Shown piece by piece: positions 38,387-47,841 of a stretch of 64,000 nt of DNA. The DNA is from Nitrospirota bacterium. GTDB taxonomy: Bacteria > Nitrospirota > UBA9217. The notes beneath the pieces were generated by a model, which saw only the letters and a list, made by a program, of their open reading frames with translations, searched no databases and was not told the origin of the DNA. Made by a program: the position numbers and the translations under genes. Each line of letters opens with the position of its first letter. The stretch's first letter is position 1. The stretch covers positions 67,157-131,156 of the forward strand of contig JAOUEV010000004.1 in NCBI GenBank assembly GCA_029858565.1, read 5' to 3'.

Positions 38387-39288
38387 GCGTTCAGGAGGGC
38401 GGGATCAGATTGCGGCAGGAAGACCGGCAAACTCATGGGGGCGGATGGCGCAGGATATTCGCATTCATTCTGATTAAACTGACTGTTGTTATTCTTTGTT
38501 CGAACGGCCTGGCCATCGCAAAGCCGGGGAGCAATGACCGCCTCGTCCTGATGTGGCAGGTCCAGAACACCGTCTCCGACGAGGAGCTGGTGGTCCTGAA
38601 GCGTAAGGGCGTCAATCTCGTGCAGTCCTTTCCGCTGATAACCTGGCGAGACGCCGAGATCCGGTCCTATCTCGACCGGATGCATAAGTTCGGATTTGGC
38701 GTCGTCATGACGGTTGTGTCCATGTCCGAAAAAGGGCCGTCGGGTTGGTCCATCAGGGAATCAGCACTGGTGGGCTTCATCCGGAAATGGCGGACCCATC
38801 CTGCCGTGTTCGCATGGCATACTTTTGATGAGCCGAGCAATCGGGGCGTGGCCGAAGTGCCGAAAGAGCTCCAGGAGCGCGTTTATGGACTGGTGAAGTC
38901 TATCGATCCAGACCATCCGGTCATGATCTCGTGGAACGGTACCTCTTTCTGGCACTACCGGTTCTTTTCAGAGCAGGCGTTCGATGTGCTGGATCTGCAC
39001 GCTCATATCACTGATACGGTCGGACGCCGGCAGGCGGCGCTGATAAACGAGTTCCGCAAACGGAGAGCCAGGGATTACCCAGTCATTGTGACGATAGCGA
39101 CGGTCTATCGTCCCGGGAACAAGCCGCTTCCGGAAGATGCCGTCATTCAGCAATATCGCTACTTCTTCGGTGAGAACGTTGTGACACGGAACATCGGCTT
39201 TTACGGCTGGGACCTGTCGAGGAATATCGGTATCCGCAAGGACACGAGTCTCCTGTCGCAGTTTCTGGACCTGGAGCTGACAAAGTAG
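38383..39288 (+). CDS. Putative secreted glycoside hydrolase-like TIM-barrel protein
   Basis: Hydrophobic N-terminal signal. HPAVFAW..FDEP, K.IDP.HPV and D.L..H motifs typical of clan GH-A. Confidence 0.6.
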   Translation: MSVQEGGIRLRQEDRQTHGGGWRRIFAFILIKLTVVILCSNGLAIAKPGSNDRLVLMWQVQNTVSDEELVVLKRKGVNLVQSFPLITWRDAEIRSYLDRMHKFGFGVVMTVVSMSEKGPSGWSIRESALVGFIRKWRTHPAVFAWHTFDEPSNRGVAEVPKELQERVYGLVKSIDPDHPVMISWNGTSFWHYRFFSEQAFDVLDLHAHITDTVGRRQAALINEFRKRRARDYPVIVTIATVYRPGNKPLPEDAVIQQYRYFFGENVVTRNIGFYGWDLSRNIGIRKDTSLLSQFLDLELTK

Positions 39289-39339
39289 GGAACAATCGGA
39301 TGCTTTTCCCGGCAAGGAACCGGGAAGGGGGGCGGAGAA

Positions 39340-40173
39340 ATGCTTCCGGATTTTATCTGTGTCGGGCCCGGCAGAGCGGGTACGTCGTGGCTGTATGAGA
39401 TCCTGCGCGAACATCCGGGGATCTGCATGGCAAGGAACATCAAAGAAACGCAGTATTTCGACCGGCACTTTGCTAAGGGTGTCGGATGGTACGGTGAGTT
39501 CTTTCAAGATTGTCCGGGGGCCGCGGTCAAGGGCGAGATATCGAACCGCTATGTGTTCGATCCGCGTGTCGCGGAACGCATTTCCTCGCTTCTGCCCCAG
39601 TGCAAGATCATCATTTGTTTCCGCAATCCCTATGAGAGGATCCAGTCTGTCTACTCGTTCAAGATCCGGGAGGGGGTGCTTACCTGCGGGTTCCTTGAAG
39701 CGATACAGCGAGACCCCCGGTTGATTGAGGAGAATCGCTACTTCACGGTTGTGGAGCCCTATTATCGCCTCTTTGGCAGGGACCACATCTTCCCGTTGTT
39801 CTTCGAGGATATCTCCGGGAGACCTGAACAGTTATGCCGGAACCTCTTCACGTTCCTGGGCGTGGACGCGACCGCCCAGCCTCCGAGCATGCGCGAGAAG
39901 ATCAACCGCGCTATTATCCCGCGTTTGCCGGGGATCGCGCCGCTGACAAAGGGCACGGCGAGAGTGCTCCGGACCATGGGCATGCATCGGATGCTTACCT
40001 GGGCGAAACGCTCGGAGTGGCTGAAGCAGCTTCTCTTCAAGGAGCATGGATATCATGAGGAGAACCTTCTGACACAGGAAGCGAGAGCGCTCATCGATCC
40101 GGTGGTGGGACCTGAGATCGACCGGCTGCAGGTGCTGATAGACAAGGATCTGTCTCACTGGAAGCGTTCTTGA
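39340..40173 (+). CDS. PAPS-dependent sulfotransferase
   Basis: 5'-PSB motif LPDFI.VGP.RAGTSWLY..L..HP, KE..YF, GE.S..Y, and 3'-PB motif RNP.ER..S.Y. Confidence 0.9.
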   Translation: MLPDFICVGPGRAGTSWLYEILREHPGICMARNIKETQYFDRHFAKGVGWYGEFFQDCPGAAVKGEISNRYVFDPRVAERISSLLPQCKIIICFRNPYERIQSVYSFKIREGVLTCGFLEAIQRDPRLIEENRYFTVVEPYYRLFGRDHIFPLFFEDISGRPEQLCRNLFTFLGVDATAQPPSMREKINRAIIPRLPGIAPLTKGTARVLRTMGMHRMLTWAKRSEWLKQLLFKEHGYHEENLLTQEARALIDPVVGPEIDRLQVLIDKDLSHWKRS

Positions 40174-40180
40174 ACAACCT

Positions 40181-41380
40181 TTGGACCATTCTATGCATAT
40201 GCTCTCGTTGACAGCGGTATACGTTGTTTTTACAGCTCTCGCGCTCATCTTATACACGTGGCTCGGTTACCCGATCCTCCTGAAAGTGCTGTTGACCTTC
40301 AGGAAGAAGACAACATCCGGCAAGGGCAGTGAGCAAAGAGGCGGCGCATTTCCTTCGGTCACGGTGATACTGCCAGTGTATAATGCGTCCAGCAGGATCG
40401 AGGCAAAGCTGAGGAACACTCTGTTGCTCGACTACCCTGCGGATAAGCTTGATGTGATCGTGGTCTCCGACGGGTCGTGTGATGATACGGAAGATAAGAT
40501 GCGGGCTCTGACCAGCGATTTCGTGCGGCTGGTCGTGCTCAACAGGAATCAAGGGAAGAGCAGCGCCCAGAACCGGGCTGTCCGGGAGGCACGGGGAGAG
40601 CTGGTCCTGTTCACGGACGTTGATTCTGAGTTGGACCGGGAGTATCTGCAACGCATTGTCCCGGCGTTCGCAGACACCCAGGTGGCAGGTGCTGGAGGCA
40701 TGGCAGTCCTGCGGGTGGACGGAGGCCATGTTTCCAGGTCGCTGGGAGCCTATTTACGATTGGAGCATTTCCTGCGCTGTGCTGAATCCGAGCTTGGCAT
40801 GCTCCATACACTGCCGGGATGGGGATTTGTCGTCAGAAAGAGCGAGTTCGTTCCGCTTGCTTCCGATACCGGCGACGATATGATCATCCCGCTCGATCTG
40901 GCCGTGCGGAAAAAAAGGTGTGTTCTTGTGCCGGAAGCGGTTGTCGCCGATGCAATGCCGTCGAGCATCCGCGGTGAGTTCCGCGCTCGCCGGAGGATCA
41001 CGCTGCGAAACCTGACCGGCATCATGCGCCGTCGGATGCTCTTGAATCCTTTTGCCTTCCCGAGGATGGCGTTCGCACTCTGGTCGCATAAGATATTGCG
41101 CTGGCTTACTCCGGTCTTCTTGATCCTGCTGCTCCTGAGCACGGCATTGTGGGAGATTTCTGCGGGTGATCCTCTTGCGGCGGTTTTGCTTGCTGGTCAA
41201 CTTGTTTTCTATGCAGCGGGCGGCCTTGGTATCCTGCTTGCGCTGAAAGACATCCGTGTTCCGGTCATCGGTTTCTTAGCATCGTTCCTCCTGTTCAATA
41301 TTGGATTCCTTTCAGGGTTGATAAGCTATCTGAAAGGGGAAAGGGTATTTTCCTACACGAACCATGGCGACACGGTTTAG
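40181..41380 (+). CDS. Glycosyltransferase family 2 with TM segments
   Basis: P.V.VI.PVYN, LDYP, VSDGS.D.T, GKS.AQN, FTDVD, DD, R.RRRI, SHKILRW. Confidence 0.9.
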   Translation: MDHSMHMLSLTAVYVVFTALALILYTWLGYPILLKVLLTFRKKTTSGKGSEQRGGAFPSVTVILPVYNASSRIEAKLRNTLLLDYPADKLDVIVVSDGSCDDTEDKMRALTSDFVRLVVLNRNQGKSSAQNRAVREARGELVLFTDVDSELDREYLQRIVPAFADTQVAGAGGMAVLRVDGGHVSRSLGAYLRLEHFLRCAESELGMLHTLPGWGFVVRKSEFVPLASDTGDDMIIPLDLAVRKKRCVLVPEAVVADAMPSSIRGEFRARRRITLRNLTGIMRRRMLLNPFAFPRMAFALWSHKILRWLTPVFLILLLLSTALWEISAGDPLAAVLLAGQLVFYAAGGLGILLALKDIRVPVIGFLASFLLFNIGFLSGLISYLKGERVFSYTNHGDTV

Positions 41381-42740
41381 CAGCTACAGCAGAGCATTTC
41401 TGTCTCTGGGGGACGCGGCGATCATCCTCCTCTCAGCCTATGTCGCGTTCGCGCTGAGGTGGTGGACCTACGTGGACGTCATGGAGTACCGCGCCGGCGC
41501 GACCATCCTCTTCGTTCTCATTTACGGCATCAGCTTCGCCATTCTGGACATACATAATTATACTGAATCGTTTCGGTCGACCGCCTACCTGACGCATTTC
41601 ATCATTACGGTGCTGATGGCTACGGGGGTGGTGACGGTGCTGTTCTACGTTATGCCCCTCTGGAAGTTCGGGAGAGGGGTGCTGTTGATCAACATGGCAG
41701 TCGTCACCATCCTGGTCTATTCCTGGCGCCTGCTTTTCGAGGTCCTCTTCAAGTTCGCGCGGAAACCCCTGCGCATGATCGTTATCGGCTCCGGATTCTC
41801 GGGTAAGCATATCTACGACATCCTGCGGAAACATCCGGATGCCTTCACGGTCATCGGGTTTCTCGATGATGATCCCGGGCGTTCCGGGACCGGGATCGGA
41901 GAGCACCGAGTCCTGGGAGGAAGCGGCATGCTCATGGACCTGACTGAGCGGCGGGCGATGGACGCTGTGGTCATTGCGATCACCGGCAACAAGACACCCC
42001 GGTTGCTCACTGCCCTCGTCGACGCGAAAATGAAAGGCGTCGAGGTCTATGATATGCCGGACCTCTACGAGGAGATCACCGGCAAGCTGCCGGCCGATCA
42101 TATCGGCGACGCCTGGATGGCCTACGCGCGGTTCAAGGGGGTCAGGAGGAACCTCTACACCCTCCATCTCAAGCGCATCATGGACATCCTGCAGTCCGTG
42201 CTGGGACTCATCCTGTCCCTGCCGATCGCCATCATCGCGGCGATCGCGATCAAGCTCGATTCCCGCGGTCCGGTCCTCTACCAGCAGGCGAGAATGGGTA
42301 AGAACGAGTGTATTTTCACGTTGTGCAAGTTCCGCTCGATGCGGTCCGATGCCGAAGACGGCGCCGCCGTCTGGGCCTCGCCCGACGATCCCCGGATCAC
42401 GAGAGTGGGAATGTTCCTCCGCAAGACCCGGATCGATGAGATCCCCCAGATGTGGAACGTCCTCAAGGGAGAAATGAGCTTCATCGGACCCCGGCCGGAA
42501 CGACCCGAGTTCATCGCGCAGCTCAAGAAGGAAGTGCCGTTCTATTCTTTCCGGCACGCGGTCCAGCCGGGCATCACCGGCTGGGCGCAGGTCAACTACC
42601 GCTACGGCGCTTCGAAGGAAGACGCGCTGGAAAAGCTGCACTACGACCTTTACTATATCAAGAACCTCAGTTTCACTCTCGACATGCACGTGCTGCTCAA
42701 GACGATCCGTGTCGTCCTGTTCGGAAAAGGGGCACGGTAA
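41364..42740 (+). CDS. Priming undecaprenyl-phosphate glycosylphosphotransferase (WcaJ/WbaP family, PEP-CTERM-cluster-like)
   Basis: KR..DI, KFRSM..DAE, D.R.TRVG.FLRKTRIDE.PQ.WNVL.GEMSF.GPRPERP, PGITGWAQV. Confidence 0.93.
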   Translation: MATRFSSYSRAFLSLGDAAIILLSAYVAFALRWWTYVDVMEYRAGATILFVLIYGISFAILDIHNYTESFRSTAYLTHFIITVLMATGVVTVLFYVMPLWKFGRGVLLINMAVVTILVYSWRLLFEVLFKFARKPLRMIVIGSGFSGKHIYDILRKHPDAFTVIGFLDDDPGRSGTGIGEHRVLGGSGMLMDLTERRAMDAVVIAITGNKTPRLLTALVDAKMKGVEVYDMPDLYEEITGKLPADHIGDAWMAYARFKGVRRNLYTLHLKRIMDILQSVLGLILSLPIAIIAAIAIKLDSRGPVLYQQARMGKNECIFTLCKFRSMRSDAEDGAAVWASPDDPRITRVGMFLRKTRIDEIPQMWNVLKGEMSFIGPRPERPEFIAQLKKEVPFYSFRHAVQPGITGWAQVNYRYGASKEDALEKLHYDLYYIKNLSFTLDMHVLLKTIRVVLFGKGAR

Positions 42741-42802
42741 GCCTCGGGGAATGGAATGAGCGCGCTCGAGATACCGTGAGGCGATGAAAGGCTGATGAAA
42801 CC

Positions 42803-43579
42803 ATGATCCTTATCACCAATGACGACGGGGTATACTCGCCCGGCATTCAAATTCTGGCAAAACGGCTGAAGGAGCTTGATCAGGTCGTGATCGTGGCGCC
42901 GGACCGGGAGCGGAGCGCCGCGGGACATTCCATGACGCTCCACCGCCCGTTGCTCATTGAAGAACTGAAGGAGGATGTTTATAGCGTCAACGGCACACCC
43001 ACTGACTGTGTGAACATCGCGGTCAAGGGACTGCTTAAGGAAGTGCCGAAGCTTGTCGTGTCGGGGATCAATAAGGGACCGAATCTGGGTGATGATGTGA
43101 CCTACTCGGGGACCGTGGCAGGAGCAATTGAAGCCCGCATACTGGGTATCCCGTCCTTCGCGATCTCGCTTTCAGCAAGGTCAAATTTCCTTTTTTCCAC
43201 GGCTGCGGATGTTGCGGTGCGGATCGCGCGAATGATACGGGAAGAGGGGATGAACAGCGGAACGCTCCTGAACGTGAATGTGCCGAACGTCGAACTTTCG
43301 GGGATACGAGGCACGACGATCACCCGGCTGGGAAAGCGGATCTATCATCAAATGACCGTGGAGCGTGTCGATCCCCGGGGCAAGAAATATTACTGGATAG
43401 GCGGCGGCGAACCTGAATGGGAGTGCGAAGAAGGGACGGACTTTGACGCGGTCGGAAAAAATATCGTCTCGATAACTCCCCTTCATCTTGATCTGACCGA
43501 CTATGCTTCTTTTGACCAGCTCAAAGTCGCAGAGCGCCTTGAATATCAGCCGACGACGCCTCATGAGGGTCAGAGGTGA
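42803..43579 (+). CDS. surE: 5'/3'-nucleotidase SurE
   Basis: ILITNDDG, APD.ERS, GTPTDCV, SGINKG.NLG.D..YSGTV. Confidence 0.96.
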   Translation: MILITNDDGVYSPGIQILAKRLKELDQVVIVAPDRERSAAGHSMTLHRPLLIEELKEDVYSVNGTPTDCVNIAVKGLLKEVPKLVVSGINKGPNLGDDVTYSGTVAGAIEARILGIPSFAISLSARSNFLFSTAADVAVRIARMIREEGMNSGTLLNVNVPNVELSGIRGTTITRLGKRIYHQMTVERVDPRGKKYYWIGGGEPEWECEEGTDFDAVGKNIVSITPLHLDLTDYASFDQLKVAERLEYQPTTPHEGQR

Positions 43580-44220
43580 TCGACTTTGATAAAGAACGCC
43601 GCCTGATGGTCGAGGAACAGCTGATCCCCCGGGGGATCAGGAATCCGCGCGTCCTTGATGCCATGCGCAAGGTCCAGCGCCACGAGTTCATGCCAGAGGC
43701 GCTTAGACTCCAGGCTTACGGCGATCATGCCATGCCGATCGGCGAAGGCCAGACCATATCCCAGCCCTATATAGTGGCGCTGATGACCGAACTCCTGGGA
43801 CTCAAAGGTCCTGAACGGGTGCTGGAGATCGGCACCGGATCAGGCTACCAGGCCGCGGTGCTTGCCGAGCTCTGCCAGAAGGTCTACACGGTCGAACGGG
43901 TCAAGACGCTGGCAGACAAGGCGCGGCAGAACCTGGACCGGCTCGGATACCGCAATGTGGCCATGAAGGTATTCGACGGCACTTATGGCTGGAAGGATAT
44001 GGCGCCTTTTGACGCGATCATTGTTACTGCCGCGTCGCCGTCGGTGCCCCAGCCACTGGTGGAGCAATTGAAAGAGGGTGGGGTCCTTGTTGTGCCCGTG
44101 GGAGAGCGGATGTCGCAAGAGCTGCTGAGTATCGTCAAAACCTCCACCGGCATAAGAACGGAGCGGAGCATCCCCTGTGTGTTCGTGCCACTGATCGGGA
44201 ACCACGGGTGGAAGGAATGA
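43576..44220 (+). CDS. pcm: Protein-L-isoaspartate O-methyltransferase
   Basis: GQTISQPY, VLEIGTGSGYQAA, APFDAIIVTAA, FVPLIG. Confidence 0.96.
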   Translation: MIDFDKERRLMVEEQLIPRGIRNPRVLDAMRKVQRHEFMPEALRLQAYGDHAMPIGEGQTISQPYIVALMTELLGLKGPERVLEIGTGSGYQAAVLAELCQKVYTVERVKTLADKARQNLDRLGYRNVAMKVFDGTYGWKDMAPFDAIIVTAASPSVPQPLVEQLKEGGVLVVPVGERMSQELLSIVKTSTGIRTERSIPCVFVPLIGNHGWKE

Positions 44221-44293
44221 CGGTATGTTCCGCCCCCCCTGTGGAAATGAACAGTCCTGTGCGAGGATAACAGAAAGAACACGTCCTTTTTCC

Positions 44294-45163
44294 ATGAATA
44301 ATGCTCTCTCCATAGATCTGGAAGACTGGTTCTGTGTCTATAATATGAGCCGGTTCATCGACAGGAGCAGCTGGGACAGCTGTGAACTGCGTGTTAGACG
44401 GAATACAGAGCGACTGCTGGCGTTGCTTGAACGGCGCCGGGTGAAGGCGACCTTCTTTGTCCTCGGCTGGATCGCCGAACGGGTGCCGGATTTGATCTCG
44501 AGCATTGAACAGCAAGGGCACGAGATCGCAACGCACGGCTATTCCCATGAGCTGATCACGAACATGACGCCAGCTGCATTCGAATCGGACCTCAAGAGGG
44601 CCCTTGAGGTCACGCGGCAATGTGTCAGGCAGCATATTCACGGCTTCCGGGCGCCATCGTTCAGTATCACACAAAGGACGAAATGGGCATTGCCTATCCT
44701 GGAACAGAACGGGATCACCTATGATTCATCAATTTACCCTATCGGTTTCCATCCCGACTATGGGATCGGTGACAGCCCACTTGGAATCTATGCGCATAGC
44801 CCTTCGTTGGTCGAAGTTCCCCTCAGTTGTGCAGAGGTCCTGGGCAGGAGGATACCCTGTAGCGGCGGCGGATACTTTCGCCTGCTCCCATACGCGGCAA
44901 CGAAGTTCCTGATGCGGTTGTGCAACAAACAGGGCAGGCCGGTGATCTTTTACCTCCATCCCTGGGAAATAGACCCCGATCAACCACGGGTCAACCTGAC
45001 AGCATCGAAACGTCTGCGTCATTATCTTAATCTGCACAGAACGATGGATCGCCTCGAGCGTCTTTTGCGAGACCTTCCGTTTACTACAATAAGGGAGATC
45101 CTTCATGAACAAAGAGCTGCAGGAACAGAAGGAGTTCTGGGACCGGGAACTGGATCAGTTTGA
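44294..45163 (+). CDS. Polysaccharide deacetylase (DUF3473 / XrtA-associated type)
   Basis: SIDLEDWF, ATFFVLGW.AE, GHEIA.HGY.H, GFRAPSFS, GGGYFRL.PY, FYLHPWE.D..QP. Confidence 0.92.
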   Translation: MNNALSIDLEDWFCVYNMSRFIDRSSWDSCELRVRRNTERLLALLERRRVKATFFVLGWIAERVPDLISSIEQQGHEIATHGYSHELITNMTPAAFESDLKRALEVTRQCVRQHIHGFRAPSFSITQRTKWALPILEQNGITYDSSIYPIGFHPDYGIGDSPLGIYAHSPSLVEVPLSCAEVLGRRIPCSGGGYFRLLPYAATKFLMRLCNKQGRPVIFYLHPWEIDPDQPRVNLTASKRLRHYLNLHRTMDRLERLLRDLPFTTIREILHEQRAAGTEGVLGPGTGSV

Positions 45164-45770
45164 CGCGATTTACACCGCCAGGAAGAGCCCGCTCAGCGCT
45201 TATCTGGACAGGGTCTTCAGATGGGATATGTTCGCACGCTATGAGTACACTTTTACTAATGCCGCCCCGATCCCTGGAAAGACAGTACTCGATGTAGGAT
45301 GCGGTACTGGCCGTTATTCGCTCGAATTTGCCCGGAGAGGTTCAGCAAGGGTCGTCGGTCTGGATGTGTCCGAGGAAATGATCCGGGCATGCCGTGACCG
45401 GACAGCGCAGGCTGGCCTGGATGGGCAGTGCGAGTTTGTGCAAACCGATTTGCTCGCATTCAGAACAAATGAGATGTTCGATGTGAGCATAGGGATCGGA
45501 TTATTCGATTATGTCAAAGACGCCCGGCCTGTGTTGCAGAAGATGAAGGAGCGCACAAAGGACCGCACGATTGCAAGCTTTCCGCGCACCGGTACATGGC
45601 GCGCGCTGGTGCGAAAAGTGCGATTGGCCCTGAAGGGTTGCCCGGTTTATTTCTATTCCGCGGACCGAATAGGGTTGCTTCTGACGGAAGCCGGATACCG
45701 GTCGTACCATATCTCGAAGATCGGTCAGCTCTACTGCGTTACCGCTTTTGTTGAAGAAGGAAATCGCTGA
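45105..45770 (+). CDS. Class I SAM-dependent methyltransferase
   Basis: VLDVGCGTG, VVGLD.SEEM, FD....GLFDY. Confidence 0.88.
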   Translation: MNKELQEQKEFWDRELDQFDAIYTARKSPLSAYLDRVFRWDMFARYEYTFTNAAPIPGKTVLDVGCGTGRYSLEFARRGSARVVGLDVSEEMIRACRDRTAQAGLDGQCEFVQTDLLAFRTNEMFDVSIGIGLFDYVKDARPVLQKMKERTKDRTIASFPRTGTWRALVRKVRLALKGCPVYFYSADRIGLLLTEAGYRSYHISKIGQLYCVTAFVEEGNR

Positions 45771-45877
45771 AGACGGAATGAGAACGGGAGTGCTGAACGA
45801 CCCGGTTGAGGCGGCAGATGGAGATGACACTAATAGATACAGGGATTCTCCGTTCCTCCTGACGCGGATATCCAGGA

Positions 45878-46515
45878 TCAAATTGCAAACAACACATACA
45901 TAGCCCCCAAACCCCCATCACACTGCCGGGCGCTCACGAAGGCGGTCACCTGACGGCGATATTTGCCGAGCATCGCCTGATAACTGCGCTTTTTAAGACC
46001 GGCCCGTTGACCGAGCGGAGACCCCGTCCGTGGATGATCTTGACGCACTTCCAGCCACGGGTAAAGGCGTCCGCGATGAATCCATCAATTTCCTCATCAA
46101 CGCAAGCGGCTGTTGATCCATGCAGATCAAGCATCGCCTGGACCGAGAATCGCCCGCTGTGCAACTCTTCTGTTACTCCTGCTCTCGCATCGGGATTCGT
46201 CCATTCCACGTATTCCTGGGTTTCCGACAGATTGATCGGCGCTTGTCCAGCAGCTATCTGACCGAGGATCGAAAGAGCGGCCTCGTCGTCGCCTGGAGAA
46301 TGCCGTAAGGGAGCCTGCTGTTGAATGCCGGCGCGGCAAAGGAGAAGACGAAATGCCGGGATCTCCTGTACACCGTTCATTGCCGTCCTGAATAGTTCTT
46401 CCTCAGATGGCGGGTTTGGAGGTGATGGAAGCGGTACAGGCTGAGAATCCTGTTGCTCTATCTGTCTCTTCAACCGGTTAAAAGGCCGGTGATGGAACTC
46501 CTTTTTGCTGCTCAT
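45878..46515 (-). pseudogene. Smr/MutS-family endonuclease domain protein, frameshifted near the C-terminus
   Basis: LDLHG and IIHGRG..S..GPVLK motifs. The conserved tail TAFVSARQCDGGLGAMYVL lies in a shifted frame (shift near 45972) and ends at 45878. Confidence 0.85.
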
Positions 46516-46541
46516 TGTCACGGCTCCGGGCGGATTGATCG

Positions 46542-46879
46542 CTATTCATCCTTGCCGCAGCACTTGATCACGGTTGTGTCGCTCACTTCGATAAGGCCCT
46601 TGTGCAGGAGCGGCGTGATCTCAAGAAGTATCGCGTCGATATTTATCTCCTGTCCACGACCTCGATCTTGACCGGCAGGGAGGTCGAGAGTTCCAGGATC
46701 TTGGCAGTATGGAACACCCGCTCACTTCCATACCCCTCAACTCCGCGAAAAACGCTGGCTCCGGAGATCTTTCGTTTGAAGAAGATGTCCAGAAGGACCT
46801 CGTAGGCTGGTTTGCCCTGGATCCTGTAGGATTCATCAAGGTAAATAGAAAGTTTTTTTGCTGGTCCTGGTTTGATCAT
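46542..46879 (-). pseudogene. DUF190 (PII-like, crcB-associated) protein, frameshifted
   Basis: GASVFRG.EGYG....HTAKILELS..LPV.IEVVD, then premature TAA. The continuation EINIDAILLEITPLLHKGLIEVSD...* is in the shifted frame (shift near 46650). Confidence 0.85.
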
Positions 46880-46916
46880 ATGCGGTCTCCTTAACGAACC
46901 TGACAGCAAGGGGAGT

Positions 46917-47288
46917 TCAGATGCTTTTCGCCAGCATCTCTCCCAGTTTCAGCGCCACAAACCCTATCACAACACTCATGATGATGTTGGTCATGGCGAA
47001 GAGCCACTGCCCATCCTTGAGCAATGCGCCGGTCTCGTATTCAAAGGTGGAGAAGGTGGTATAAGCGCCCAGGAATCCGACCACCAGCAGCATTCGCCAC
47101 TGCGGGATCACTATGAACCGTTCTGTCAGGAGCGGCATAAGAAGGCCGATCAGAAAACTGCCGCTTACGTTGATGATAAAAGTTCCTAGAGGGAAAGTCC
47201 TCCCCCAGCGCTGGCCGATCCAGAGTCCCAGAGCGTAGCGTACGACAGCGCCGGCAAAGCCGCCTATCCCAACAATAAGATAGTTCAT
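46917..47288 (-). CDS. crcB: Fluoride efflux channel CrcB/Fluc
   Basis: GG..GA..RY, FP.GT..IN..GSF.IG, GFLGAYTTFSTF.YET. Confidence 0.96.
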   Translation of the reverse strand: MNYLIVGIGGFAGAVVRYALGLWIGQRWGRTFPLGTFIINVSGSFLIGLLMPLLTERFIVIPQWRMLLVVGFLGAYTTFSTFEYETGALLKDGQWLFAMTNIIMSVVIGFVALKLGEMLAKSI

Positions 47289-47449
47289 TATCGAGAATAC
47301 CTCATGAAACCAATTTAACAGATATTAAGGCCCTGCGCAAGAAGCGGCATCAGCCGATGTTATCCTGACCTGGAAAAAACGGTGCGTTATGAACATAAAT
47401 AATGTATAATGCGAACGTGAATACAAGCCTTGTCCAAGAAGGAGATACC

Positions 47450-47677
47450 ATGACAAAAGAGCAGGTAGCAGAGGCGATCCAGCAGGTGAGACCGGCGCTC
47501 CAGCGGGACGGCGGTGATATTGAACTGGTGAGCGTGGAAACCGACGGTACGGTAAAAGTACGGCTCAAAGGGGCCTGCGGTTCATGCCCCATGTCCACAA
47601 TGACGCTTAAGATGGGCGTTGAAAAGTTCCTCAAGCAGCAGCTGCCCGAGGTCAAAGAGGTCGTGCAGGTAGCGTAA
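47450..47677 (+). CDS. NifU C-terminal (Nfu) domain Fe-S carrier
   Basis: [36 protein letters not shown]. Confidence 0.92.
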   Translation: MTKEQVAEAIQQVRPALQRDGGDIELVSVETDGTVKVRLKGACGSCPMSTMTLKMGVEKFLKQQLPEVKEVVQVA

Positions 47678-47717
47678 GTGGCAGAGTGCCTGTCCCTGTC
47701 GTGCAACAATTAAATCA

Positions 47718-47748
47718 GCAGGCCCAGGTTAGTCCTGGGCCTGTCTTT
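47718..47748 (+). terminator. Probable terminator after nfu
   Basis: Stem CAGGCCCAGG/CCTGGGCCTG followed by a T-rich tract. Confidence 0.7.
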
Positions 47749-47812
47749 ATTATGTTTTTCGCGCTTTTTCCCTGATCATGCCGATCAAGCTAGGGATGTT
47801 CTGAAAAATCGC

Positions 47813-47841
47813 TTGACACCTTTCGTTACTTTTGTTATAAC
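47813..47841 (+). promoter_or_regulatory. sigma70 promoter of the rnf operon
   Basis: TTGACA-N17-TATAAC with extended -10 TG. Confidence 0.75.

Noticed and set aside
45781-45858. Possible structured ncRNA (6S-like) between convergent genes
   Set aside because: Only a short GAACGG/CCGTTC pairing. Too short and no recognisable family features.
47290-47400. Possible fluoride riboswitch upstream of crcB (GCTGATG on the - strand)
   Set aside because: Only the 3' fragment resembles the motif. The 5' GGCGATGG..TTCGCC element is absent.
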